NCBI RefSeq assembly: GCF_000015805.1
Contig: NC_009073.1
Span: forward strand, 1,080,001-1,112,000
Direction of reading: 5' to 3'
DNA length: 32,000 nt
Origin: Pyrobaculum calidifontis JCM 11548
GTDB taxonomy: Archaea > Thermoproteota > Thermoprotei > Thermoproteales > Thermoproteaceae
Shown: one piece after another, positions 23,768 through 30,437 of the stretch
How positions within the stretch are numbered: position 1 is the first letter of the stretch
Layout: every line of letters starts with the position of its first letter
Position numbers and translations under genes: made by a program
Notes under the pieces: generated by a model
Seen by the model: only the letters and a program-made list of their open reading frames with translations
Told to the model about the DNA's origin: nothing
Database searches by the model: none

Positions 23768-23778
23768 AATATTTAAAT
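23768..23778. promoter_or_regulatory. shared, palindromic TATA-like box between two divergent leaderless genes
   Basis: AATATTTAAAT spans 23768-23778, and its core ATTTAAAT (23771-23778) is a perfect palindrome. The centre, 23773, coincides with the midpoint (23772.5) of GTG 23752 (minus) and ATG 23793 (plus). Confidence 0.5.
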
Positions 23779-23792
23779 GCGGAAAAGAGGGT

Positions 23793-25037
23793 ATGGGCGT
23801 GCGCGGCTTCAAGCAGCTCACCCCCATACCAGAGGCCCAAAGGGCCGTGCTGGCCGCCCTGACCCACGTCCCCAGAGCCGCCGCCGTGCCGACCCCCACC
23901 GCCGTGGGCAAATACGCCGCCGCAGACGTGGTGGCACCGGCGGACGTGCCCCCCTTTGACAGAGCTGCCTTCGACGGCTACGCGGTGAGGTCCATCGACA
24001 CCCTAAGCGCGTCTAGGACAAACCCCGCTATGTTGAAGCTGGTGGGCAAGGCACTTCCGGGGCGCCCCCACCAAGGCGCATTGGGCCCCGGCGAGGCCGT
24101 AGAAGTGGCGACGGGCGCCCCCCTCCCTCCAGGCGCAGACGCCGTTGTGCCATACGAAGAGGCCGCCGCCAGGGAGGGATACGTGGAGGTGTACAGACCG
24201 GTCCCCCAGTACTACTACGTCTCGCGGCGGGGAGAAGACGTGGTGGCAGGCGAAGTGGTCATACGCAGAGGCCGGCTCATAAAGCCGTGGGACATCGGCG
24301 TGTTGGCCTCCCTAGGCATAAAAGAGGTGCCGGTCTACAAAATAACCGCGGCCATTATTTCCACAGGCAACGAGCTCGTGGAGTTGGACGACGCCCCACC
24401 GCCCCCCGGCAAGATCATAAACAGCACCCGCCACGTGCTAGAGGCCATGTTGAGGGAGGTGGGGGTGGAGCCCCACTACATGGGCATAGTCCCAGACGAC
24501 GAAGACGTGATATACGAGAGAGTCAGAGAGGCGCTGAGGGAGCACGACATGGTCATAACCACGGGCGGCGTCTCCGTGGGAGAGCCAGACCACGTAGTCT
24601 CCGCGGTGTCGAGGCTGAGGCCCAGCGTCCTCGTCCACGGCATAGCGGCGAGGCCCGGGAGGCCCAACAGCGCCGCGGTAGTGGAGGGAAAGCTTATCGC
24701 AATGCTCTCGGGCTTCCCCGTGGCCTCCATCGTCGGGTTCGAGGTCTTTGTAAAACCCGCCGTCCTAAAAATGGCGGGGGCGGCGGAGGAGCCCCGCCCA
24801 GTAGTCAAGGCGGTTTTGACCAGGAGAGTCACCACCCCCATCAACGTGAGGAGCTTCGTCAGAGTCCGCGTCTATAGACAGGGCGGAAGACTCTACGCAG
24901 AGCCCCTAGCCGTGACTGGTAGCGGCATACTCTCCACATTGACGAGGGGAAACGGCCTCTTAATCATACCCGAAAACAGAGAGGGATACGACGAGGGCGA
25001 CGAGGTGGAGGTAGTACTGTTGGGACCCATAGAGTAG
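23793..25037 (+). CDS. moeA: molybdopterin molybdenumtransferase MoeA
   Basis: 414 codons. Contains PPFDRAAFDGYAV, ATGAPLPPGADAVV, IISTGNEL and TTGGVSVGEPD, the canonical MoeA motifs. Confidence 0.9.
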   Translation: MGVRGFKQLTPIPEAQRAVLAALTHVPRAAAVPTPTAVGKYAAADVVAPADVPPFDRAAFDGYAVRSIDTLSASRTNPAMLKLVGKALPGRPHQGALGPGEAVEVATGAPLPPGADAVVPYEEAAAREGYVEVYRPVPQYYYVSRRGEDVVAGEVVIRRGRLIKPWDIGVLASLGIKEVPVYKITAAIISTGNELVELDDAPPPPGKIINSTRHVLEAMLREVGVEPHYMGIVPDDEDVIYERVREALREHDMVITTGGVSVGEPDHVVSAVSRLRPSVLVHGIAARPGRPNSAAVVEGKLIAMLSGFPVASIVGFEVFVKPAVLKMAGAAEEPRPVVKAVLTRRVTTPINVRSFVRVRVYRQGGRLYAEPLAVTGSGILSTLTRGNGLLIIPENREGYDEGDEVEVVLLGPIE

Positions 25038-25122
25038 ATCTCCCGAGTAGTCTGGGTTGCCCATCGGTTGAGACTTGTGGGGCTGTACGTCTCTTCAGCG
25101 CCGTTCTTCGTGGTGTCCATTG

Positions 25123-27039
25123 TTAGGCCTTGTGCTTAATGCGTCCGGAGTACTCGTAGCGGGAGTAGCCGGGGGGTAGCTCACGCAAGGCCTCTTCGGC
25201 TAATTTGAGGGCCTTGTCTAATACTTCTAGCCTTGCCACTAGGTCATACTCCTCCCACCCCACTGGTATAAAGTCGAGGTTGTACATCTCGGCGGCGTAT
25301 CTTACGCCGAGGCCCACGTCTGCCCTGCCCTGGGCCACCGCGGCGGCCACCGCCGTGTGCGTCTTCACCTCGTGGGTGTAGCCCCTTATCCTCTTCACCA
25401 GTTCCTCGAAGGGCTGGCCGAGCCTCTCGGCCGCTTGCCTAAGGTAGAGGTCGAGGAGGGCCCTCGTCCCCGTCCCCCTCGGCCTATTGACAATGACTAC
25501 GTCTGGCCTCAAGAGGTCTTCCACGGAGGTGACCCCCTTGGGGTTGCCCCTTTGCACAATTAGGCCCTGCTCTCTCTTGTATAGACCCACCACCGCGACC
25601 CCCCTAATGCCCAGCTTTTCCACAAAGGGGACGTTGTAGGCCCCCGTGTCGGGGTCTAGCATGTGGACTCCGGCGATGTCGGCCTCTCCGCGCTTCACCG
25701 CCATGAGGCCGCCCATGGACCCCACATACACGGCTTTCACATTCCACTTGGCCATGACTAAGTCTAAGTGCGGGTCGTGGCTACCTATGAAGTAGAGCTC
25801 GGCCGGCCTATACCGCTCGAAGAGGTGCACCTCCACCTCCTCCCCCTCTGTCATGAACTCAACGGTCTCGGGGACTACGAAGTAGCCGTCTGCTCTGGCG
25901 AGGACGGAGATGGCCCCCGACTCGGCGTACAGTGGATATGCCACATATCCCCCACCCCTCGCAATGAGCACGGCCGAGTAGAGGGCTCGCCTCCCCTTGG
26001 CCCCCTCCACAGACACGGCAAGCCTCGCCTTGTACACGGCGGGGGGCTCCGGCTCTCTGCACTGTAACTTCAGCAGGAAGGGCCTGACCACCGTGTGGAA
26101 GATCATGAGCGCGGAGGACGGGTACCCCGGCAGCCCCACCACGACCTTGCCCCCCACCACCGCGGCGAGGGTGGGCTTGCCCGGCTTGACCATTACGCCG
26201 TGGAAGAGGACGTCCCCCAACTCGCCCAACACTCTGTAGGTCAAGTCCGCCACGCCCGCCGAGGTGCCTCCGCTGATTAACACCACGTCGGCCTTAGAGA
26301 GGGCGGCCTCTATGGCCCCCCTGTACTCCTCAGCCACGTCTCGCACGACGCCGAAGAGCAGTGGGACGCCCCCCGCCTCGGCCACAGCGGCGGCGAGAGA
26401 GTAGCTGTTCACGTCGTACAGCTTCCCCGGGCCGAGGGGCTCCCCCGGCGACACGAGCTCGTCCCCCGTGGAGATGATGGCCACAACCGGCCTCTTCACC
26501 ACGGCCACCTTCCTCATGCCGACGGCGGCGAGGACGCCGACCTCCCTAGCGGTGAGCCTAGTGCACCGCCTCAGCACCACCTCGCCCGCAGAGATGTCGG
26601 AGCCCGCCGTCATCACGTTCTCCCCCGGCGCCACGGGGCGGAACACTCTCACCACGCCGCCCCTCTCCTGGGTGTACTCCACCATGACCACCGCGTTGGC
26701 GCCCCTGGGAAGGGGGGCTCCCGTGGCCACTTCATAAGCCTCGCCAGGCCCCACCTCGCCCCGCGGCCACCCTCCCGCCTCCACTCTCCCCACGACCCTC
26801 AGTTCCACTGGCGTAAGCTCTGAGGCGCCGTAGGTGGACTCGGCCACTACCGCGTATCCGTCCACTGTGGAGCGGTCAAACGGCGGGACGTCCACAGGCG
26901 ACACCACGTCTTTGGCCAACACCCGGCCGTAGGCCTCCTCAAGCGGGACCTCCTCCTCCCCAAGCGGCGCCGCGAACTTTGTCAAAGCCTCAACCGCCTG
27001 CTCCAGGGTGACTAAGTCGTGGAATATTACCCGCTTCAC
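25123..27039 (-). CDS. MoeA paralog fused to a C-terminal periplasmic-binding-protein-like (molybdate/tungstate-binding type) domain
   Basis: Track ORF 25123..27117 trimmed to GTG 27039, which overlaps the upstream stop as GTGA. The MoeA motifs PPFDRSTVDGYAV, ATGAPLPRGANAVV, IISTGDEL and SGGTSAGVAD are present. About 230 further residues follow (GSHDPHLD..., GGLMAVKRGEADIAGVHMLD, NRPRGTGTRALLD), resembling the PBP-like domain fused to archaeal MoeA2. Confidence 0.85.
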   Translation of the reverse strand: MKRVIFHDLVTLEQAVEALTKFAAPLGEEEVPLEEAYGRVLAKDVVSPVDVPPFDRSTVDGYAVVAESTYGASELTPVELRVVGRVEAGGWPRGEVGPGEAYEVATGAPLPRGANAVVMVEYTQERGGVVRVFRPVAPGENVMTAGSDISAGEVVLRRCTRLTAREVGVLAAVGMRKVAVVKRPVVAIISTGDELVSPGEPLGPGKLYDVNSYSLAAAVAEAGGVPLLFGVVRDVAEEYRGAIEAALSKADVVLISGGTSAGVADLTYRVLGELGDVLFHGVMVKPGKPTLAAVVGGKVVVGLPGYPSSALMIFHTVVRPFLLKLQCREPEPPAVYKARLAVSVEGAKGRRALYSAVLIARGGGYVAYPLYAESGAISVLARADGYFVVPETVEFMTEGEEVEVHLFERYRPAELYFIGSHDPHLDLVMAKWNVKAVYVGSMGGLMAVKRGEADIAGVHMLDPDTGAYNVPFVEKLGIRGVAVVGLYKREQGLIVQRGNPKGVTSVEDLLRPDVVIVNRPRGTGTRALLDLYLRQAAERLGQPFEELVKRIRGYTHEVKTHTAVAAAVAQGRADVGLGVRYAAEMYNLDFIPVGWEEYDLVARLEVLDKALKLAEEALRELPPGYSRYEYSGRIKHKA

Positions 27040-27344
27040 GCCCTCACGACGCCGCCCAGCTCCCTCTCGAGGAGCGCCGCCACGCTCTCCTCGACGTAGC
27101 TCTTCACCTTTTCCCAAATCTCCGGTGGCAGCTTCTCAAGGGCGACGCCCTTGCAGTCCACATAGGCCAGCTTCACGAAGACCGCGAATTCACCCTCCTT
27201 AAACTTCGTTTTTACAAAGCCGAAGAGCCAGTCGTCTCCCACGCGGATCTTAAACTGGGCTATTGAGCGGCGGAGGGACCCCAGCCTGCCCAAGGCCTTC
27301 CGCCTGGCCGCCTTCTCTGCAGCCTGTTCATCTACACACTGCAT
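27036..27344 (-). CDS. hypothetical protein (102 aa) translationally coupled to the MoeA-PBP gene
   Basis: ATG 27344 has ATATTTAAAC (minus strand) about 25 nt upstream. The stop TGA 27036-27038 overlaps GTG 27039. Composition is ordinary, and no family is recognised. Confidence 0.55.
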   Translation of the reverse strand: MQCVDEQAAEKAARRKALGRLGSLRRSIAQFKIRVGDDWLFGFVKTKFKEGEFAVFVKLAYVDCKGVALEKLPPEIWEKVKSYVEESVAALLERELGGVVRA

Positions 27345-27363
27345 GTGGCATGGGGCGGGGAAG

Positions 27364-27374
27364 TTTAAATATTT
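27364..27374. promoter_or_regulatory. TATA-like box serving the minus-strand 102-aa gene and possibly a plus-strand small RNA
   Basis: TTTAAATATTT is centred at about 27369. It lies about 25 nt from ATG 27344 (minus) and about 22 nt from position 27391 (plus), where the C-box-like element begins. Confidence 0.45.
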
Positions 27375-27388
27375 GTGGGAGCGAAGTG

Positions 27389-27442
27389 GCGTGGTGAAAG
27401 CTCCCGTGTCTGACTTGTGACGACTTCACGTACCGGCTGACG
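27389..27442 (+). ncRNA. candidate C/D box sRNA with imperfect C box
   Basis: GTGGTGA (27391-27397, C-like but with A4 replaced by G), 12-nt spacer AAGCTCCCGTGT, D' CTGA (27410-27413), CTT, C' GTGACGA (27417-27423), 13-nt spacer CTTCACGTACCGG, then D CTGA (27437-27440). The spacing is canonical. It lies in a 136-nt intergenic region upstream of the htpX-like gene's own TATA (AAGCTTTTAAGC, about 27450-27461). Confidence 0.3.
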
Positions 27443-27480
27443 TGGGGAAAAGCTTTTAAGCGGATTCATAAACGCCGAAC

Positions 27481-28515
27481 ATGATACCGGTGTTTGACCC
27501 AGTGGCCCTCGGCTTATACATGCTGGGCTACCTGTTCATGTTCGTAATAGCCGCCACAGTGGCGCCCAGGGTGGCCGGCGCAGTGTCTGGGCGCCTCACC
27601 TTGTACGGCGCCATGGCGCTCACCGGCGTAATGATCGTTCTCACAACAGCCTTCGTCATCTACCTCTTCGTACTAGTGGCGGCGCCGACCTTGGCCACCG
27701 TCTCCTTCTTAGTGGGCCTAATAGCGTTCGTGGTGCTGATGAACTTGCTCACCTACGTCGCCTCGCCGTATATCATAAATGCCTCCTACGGCGCCAGGCC
27801 CGACCCCAGGCTTCAGCAGATAGTGGACGAGGTGGCGGCGAGGCTCGGCGCCCCATTTAAGCTAAAGGCCGTGGTGGTAGACGGGCCTCCCAACGCCTTT
27901 GCCTACGGCAACTTCTTGACTGGCCGCTATGTGGCAGTTACCAGCGGCATGCTCTCCCTCGTCGATAGGAGGGAGCTAGAGGCCGTCATTGGCCACGAGA
28001 TTGGCCACCACCTCCACAGAGACAACGCCATAATGCTCCTATTCGGCGTACTGCCCTCCGTGGTTTACTACCTCGGCGTCACGGCGGTCCACATGGGTCT
28101 CGGCAGCGGTAACAGCAGAGGTGGCAACGCCGCGCTCCTCGCCGTGGGCGTAGTCGCCGTCTTGGCGTCCTTCCTGATACAGCTCTTGGTGCTGGCCTTC
28201 AGCCGCCTCCGCGAGTACTACGCAGACACCGCGGGGGCCAAGGCCGCTGGGAAAGAGGCCATGCAGTTCGCCCTGGCGAAGATACACAAGTTCTACTTCA
28301 TGGCCCCCGAGGCGAGGCAGGCGGTGTCGGAGAGCAAATTCCGCGCCCTATTCATATACGCGCTGGTCAACGCGGTGGCCAACCCATTTGTGACCATTAC
28401 GAGGGCAGAGGTGGAGCAGATAAAGAGGGCCAACTACTCAGCGCTACAGGAGGTGTTCTCAACGCACCCGCCGATACCTAAGCGGCTTAGATTCCTAGAC
28501 CAGCTACCCCTCTAA
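27481..28515 (+). CDS. M48-family zinc metalloprotease (HtpX-like), membrane-bound
   Basis: 344 codons. Has N-terminal TM helices, the HEIGH zinc motif (VIGHEIGHHLHRD), EYYAD and STHPPIPKRL at the C-terminus. Confidence 0.9.
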   Translation: MIPVFDPVALGLYMLGYLFMFVIAATVAPRVAGAVSGRLTLYGAMALTGVMIVLTTAFVIYLFVLVAAPTLATVSFLVGLIAFVVLMNLLTYVASPYIINASYGARPDPRLQQIVDEVAARLGAPFKLKAVVVDGPPNAFAYGNFLTGRYVAVTSGMLSLVDRRELEAVIGHEIGHHLHRDNAIMLLFGVLPSVVYYLGVTAVHMGLGSGNSRGGNAALLAVGVVAVLASFLIQLLVLAFSRLREYYADTAGAKAAGKEAMQFALAKIHKFYFMAPEARQAVSESKFRALFIYALVNAVANPFVTITRAEVEQIKRANYSALQEVFSTHPPIPKRLRFLDQLPL

Positions 28516-28528
28516 ACAGACCTTTTTC

Positions 28529-29263
28529 CTACAGAACTACAACCCTCTTAAAGAGGTCCGCCTTGTCTACTCTCACTCCCCCGAACCTCGACTCCATTAT
28601 GTACACTCTGCCCCCCACCTCCGCGCCTGAGAGGTCGAGCCTGTCCCCCACCACCTCTACGATGAAGATGTCGCCTTCTACAACTGCGTTTGACAGATCG
28701 ACGACTCCGCCCGCCCTGTATACTGTGAGCGAATAGGCCCTGGCCCCCGCTGCGGCAACGCCGCCCTTGGCCCTCTCTACGACGAGCTCCCCCGCCACGC
28801 TGGCCCCCCTGGCGCTTAGGGAGGAGGCCCAGCCCACGTATACGTGGCCCCCAGCGCGCACTCCGTCCAAGTTCACGCCCCCCAGCACGTCGACCACCAC
28901 GGCGCTTTCCACTCTGGCGCCGGCCATCTCCACGCCGCCGACCACTCCGTCCACGTAGACATGGCGAAACTTGGCCCCCTTCATGTTCACGACCCCCCTC
29001 ACGCTGTATATGTACACGTCCACCCCCCTCGCCCCCTCCAGCTCCACGTCCCCCACCACGGTCTCTACCACAAGGGGCCCGTGGATGTGTGTCTCCCTGA
29101 GCCTCGGCGCAATCCCCGAGGCCTCGCCCCCCGGCAGGTGGCACCTCTCGCAGCTGGGTGTGAAGACCAGCTTGGCTCTGCACTTGGGGTCTCTCACGCA
29201 CTGGGGGTCGTGGTACTCGCAGAAGCCGGACTCCCTAGCCGGCCGCCCGCAGAAGCAGTACAC
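28529..29263 (-). CDS. Cys-rich N-terminal domain fused to a beta-helical tandem-repeat domain (bactofilin-like geometry)
   Basis: 244 codons. The first 42 residues carry 7 Cys and 2 His (MYCFCGRPARESGFCEYHDPQCVRDPKCRAKLVFTPSCERCH). About nine consecutive 19-21-residue units follow, for example VVGDVELEGARGVDVYIYS, VRGVVNMKGAKFRHVYVDG, VVGGVEMAGARVESAVVVD and VLGGVNLDGVRAGGHVYVGW. GCTTAAATAGC (minus strand) lies about 25 nt upstream of ATG 29263. Confidence 0.7.
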   Translation of the reverse strand: MYCFCGRPARESGFCEYHDPQCVRDPKCRAKLVFTPSCERCHLPGGEASGIAPRLRETHIHGPLVVETVVGDVELEGARGVDVYIYSVRGVVNMKGAKFRHVYVDGVVGGVEMAGARVESAVVVDVLGGVNLDGVRAGGHVYVGWASSLSARGASVAGELVVERAKGGVAAAGARAYSLTVYRAGGVVDLSNAVVEGDIFIVEVVGDRLDLSGAEVGGRVYIMESRFGGVRVDKADLFKRVVVL

Positions 29264-29282
29264 GGGTAGAGATAAAACCCGC

Positions 29283-29289
29283 TATTTAA
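29283..29289. promoter_or_regulatory. shared central TATA-like box between the beta-helix gene (minus) and the ASCH gene (plus)
   Basis: TATTTAA at 29283-29289 is centred at 29286. The midpoint of ATG 29263 and ATG 29310 is 29286.5. The gap is 46 nt. Confidence 0.55.
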
Positions 29290-29309
29290 GCAAAGGTGTG
29301 CACTACCTA

Positions 29310-29732
29310 ATGTCCATAAAGCCAAAGTTCGGCTGGGCCATCCTCCACGGGGAGAAGAGGTACGAGCTTAGGAGGCTCGTTGGGAGACTCATAGAGCCCG
29401 GCGACGTGGTCTACCTATACTTAACCAAGCCGGTCGGCGCAGTCCAAGGCCTCTTTGAGGCCGGAGTTGTCTTCCTAACGCCGGTGAAAAACCTCGCCGC
29501 CCTCCTCGCAGAGCTGGGAGACACAGGCGTAGGCGAGGAGGACTTGAAATACGTCGAGGGGGCCCGATACGCCATGCTCATCGAGGTGAAGAACCCGCGG
29601 CAGTGCGCCAAGCCAGTCCCGCCAGCCGAGGCAGGGCTAAGGCCCCCGCCCAGCTACATGAGGATAGGGAAGAGGGAAGCAGAGGCCCTTGCAGAGCTGT
29701 GCGAGGGCGCTAGGCCCTGGGCTGAAGTTTAG
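29310..29732 (+). CDS. ASCH-domain (PUA-like fold) protein
   Basis: Track ORF 28971..29732 trimmed to ATG 29310. MSIKPKFGWAILHGEKRYELRR...GDVVYLY is the typical ASCH N-terminus (SIKP.YA..IL.GEK..E.RR). Confidence 0.75.
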   Translation: MSIKPKFGWAILHGEKRYELRRLVGRLIEPGDVVYLYLTKPVGAVQGLFEAGVVFLTPVKNLAALLAELGDTGVGEEDLKYVEGARYAMLIEVKNPRQCAKPVPPAEAGLRPPPSYMRIGKREAEALAELCEGARPWAEV

Positions 29733-29823
29733 GCGGCTACGCATATAAACGGTGTTGAAAGTCTCATGTGTGGGGAGGAGACCCGGGCTGACGTGTGAAG
29801 AGGGTGTCCTGCACCGACGTCTT

Positions 29824-29878
29824 GGGCTGATGAGCCGCCAGTGGGCGAGATAAGTGAGCGTCTCACCCTTTGCTGACC
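29824..29878 (+). ncRNA. candidate C/D box sRNA with canonical box spacing
   Basis: Intergenic, plus strand. (G)CTGATGA (C box, TGATGA at 29828-29833), 12-nt guide GCCGCCAGTGGG, CGAG (D'-like, or GCGA at 29845-29848 keeping the GA), ATAA, GTGAGCG (C', 29854-29860), 12-nt guide TCTCACCCTTTG, then CTGA (D box, 29873-29876). GG/CC flanks could form a 2-bp terminal stem. Confidence 0.55.
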
Positions 29879-29886
29879 GCCTTATA

Positions 29887-29946
29887 GCGATGATGTAAAC
29901 TTGTGGCCCCCTCAGCGAGTGGGTGAGCGGGGGTTGGGGGTGCTGA
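29887..29946 (+). ncRNA. possible second, degenerate C/D box sRNA directly downstream of the first
   Basis: GCGATGA (29887-29893, C-like with the GA and UGA retained), a 22-nt spacer, then the same internal module as the upstream sRNA (GCGAG TGG GTGAGCG, compared with GCGAG ATAA GTGAGCG), a 13-nt G-rich spacer, then CTGA (29943-29946). It overlaps, in antisense, the last 12 codons of the minus-strand gene 29912..30403. The first spacer is too long for a normal guide. Confidence 0.25.
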
Positions 29947-30403
29947 GCTCCTTTAGCAACTTTCTCAGCGCTATGTGTTTGTCGAAGTTTCCCGACCGGA
30001 TCCACACGCCGCAGTTTGGCTTAAAGGGTGCTATCACATACGCGCCGGTCTCACACGCTGCTTCCTCTACTGCGGTGTAGTACGGCTTAGAGAGGACGAG
30101 GACTAGGGTGGACGCCTCTGCCAGCTTTCTAAGCTTCTCCAACACGCCGCGCTCCGCGGCCCACCTCTTCAGCTCTTCTCTAGGTCTCCCGGACAGCGTC
30201 TCGTCGTATGGCTCCACCACGTCGTACTCTCCCAGCAGGCCGTATTTGGCTGAGATTATGTACAGAGCCACGGGGGCGCCCCAGGCCCTGGCCTCGTCCA
30301 CGGCCTTGACCACCCGCGCCACAGAGGGCCCGAGGTACAGCTCCCGGGCGGGGGCCGGCCTGCCCAGCTTCTTCGCCGTGCAGTTCGCCACGACGGAGAT
30401 CAT
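29912..30403 (-). CDS. conserved-looking hypothetical protein (possibly DUF6884-like)
   Basis: 163 codons. The pattern M.SVVANCTAKK...A.ELY.G.......V........ALYIISAKYGLLGEYDVVEPYDETL resembles my recollection of the DUF6884 family (ISCS..K, LY, ILSAKYGL, PYD..L). This rests on memory only. CGTATAAATC (minus strand) lies about 26 nt upstream of ATG 30403. Confidence 0.55.
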   Translation of the reverse strand: MISVVANCTAKKLGRPAPARELYLGPSVARVVKAVDEARAWGAPVALYIISAKYGLLGEYDVVEPYDETLSGRPREELKRWAAERGVLEKLRKLAEASTLVLVLSKPYYTAVEEAACETGAYVIAPFKPNCGVWIRSGNFDKHIALRKLLKELSTPNPRSPTR

Positions 30404-30411
30404 GCGAAAGG

Positions 30412-30434
30412 TCTTTAATGGGGGGATTTATACG
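30412..30434. promoter_or_regulatory. two interleaved TATA-like boxes in a 34-nt divergent intergenic region
   Basis: CTTTAATG (30412-30419) is about 26 nt upstream of ATG 30438 (plus). GATTTATACG (30425-30434, CGTATAAATC on the minus strand) is about 26 nt upstream of ATG 30403 (minus). The geometry and the 34-nt gap match the 5115/5150 pair. Confidence 0.5.
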
Positions 30435-30437
30435 TGC

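Noticed and set aside
25038-25122. 85-nt gap between the convergent moeA genes, and track ORF 24893..25120
   Set aside because: I scanned both strands for C/D boxes, hairpins and small ORFs and found no convincing C box or structured element. The 75-aa ORF is mostly antisense to the moeA 3' end and is S/T-rich. This is probably just a terminator spacer.
28548-29269. Alternative-frame ORFs across the beta-helix gene (28548..29201 minus, 28767..28958 plus, 28844..29269 plus, and the 28971..29309 part of the ASCH track ORF)
   Set aside because: Their translations are R/G-rich or H/P-rich low complexity, generated by the GC-rich periodic repeat. Only the 28529..29263 frame gives a coherent Cys-rich head, a regular repeat and a TATA box at the right distance.
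29766-29820. Possible third C/D unit upstream of the 29824 candidate (…CTGA CGT GTGAAGA GGGTGTCCTGCA CCGA)
   Set aside because: The internal D'/C'-like boxes and the 12-nt spacing look suggestive. However, there is no acceptable C box 12 nt upstream of the first CTGA (only TGTGGGG), and the terminal D box would be CCGA. It more likely belongs to the 5' leader of the downstream sRNA, if that RNA is real.
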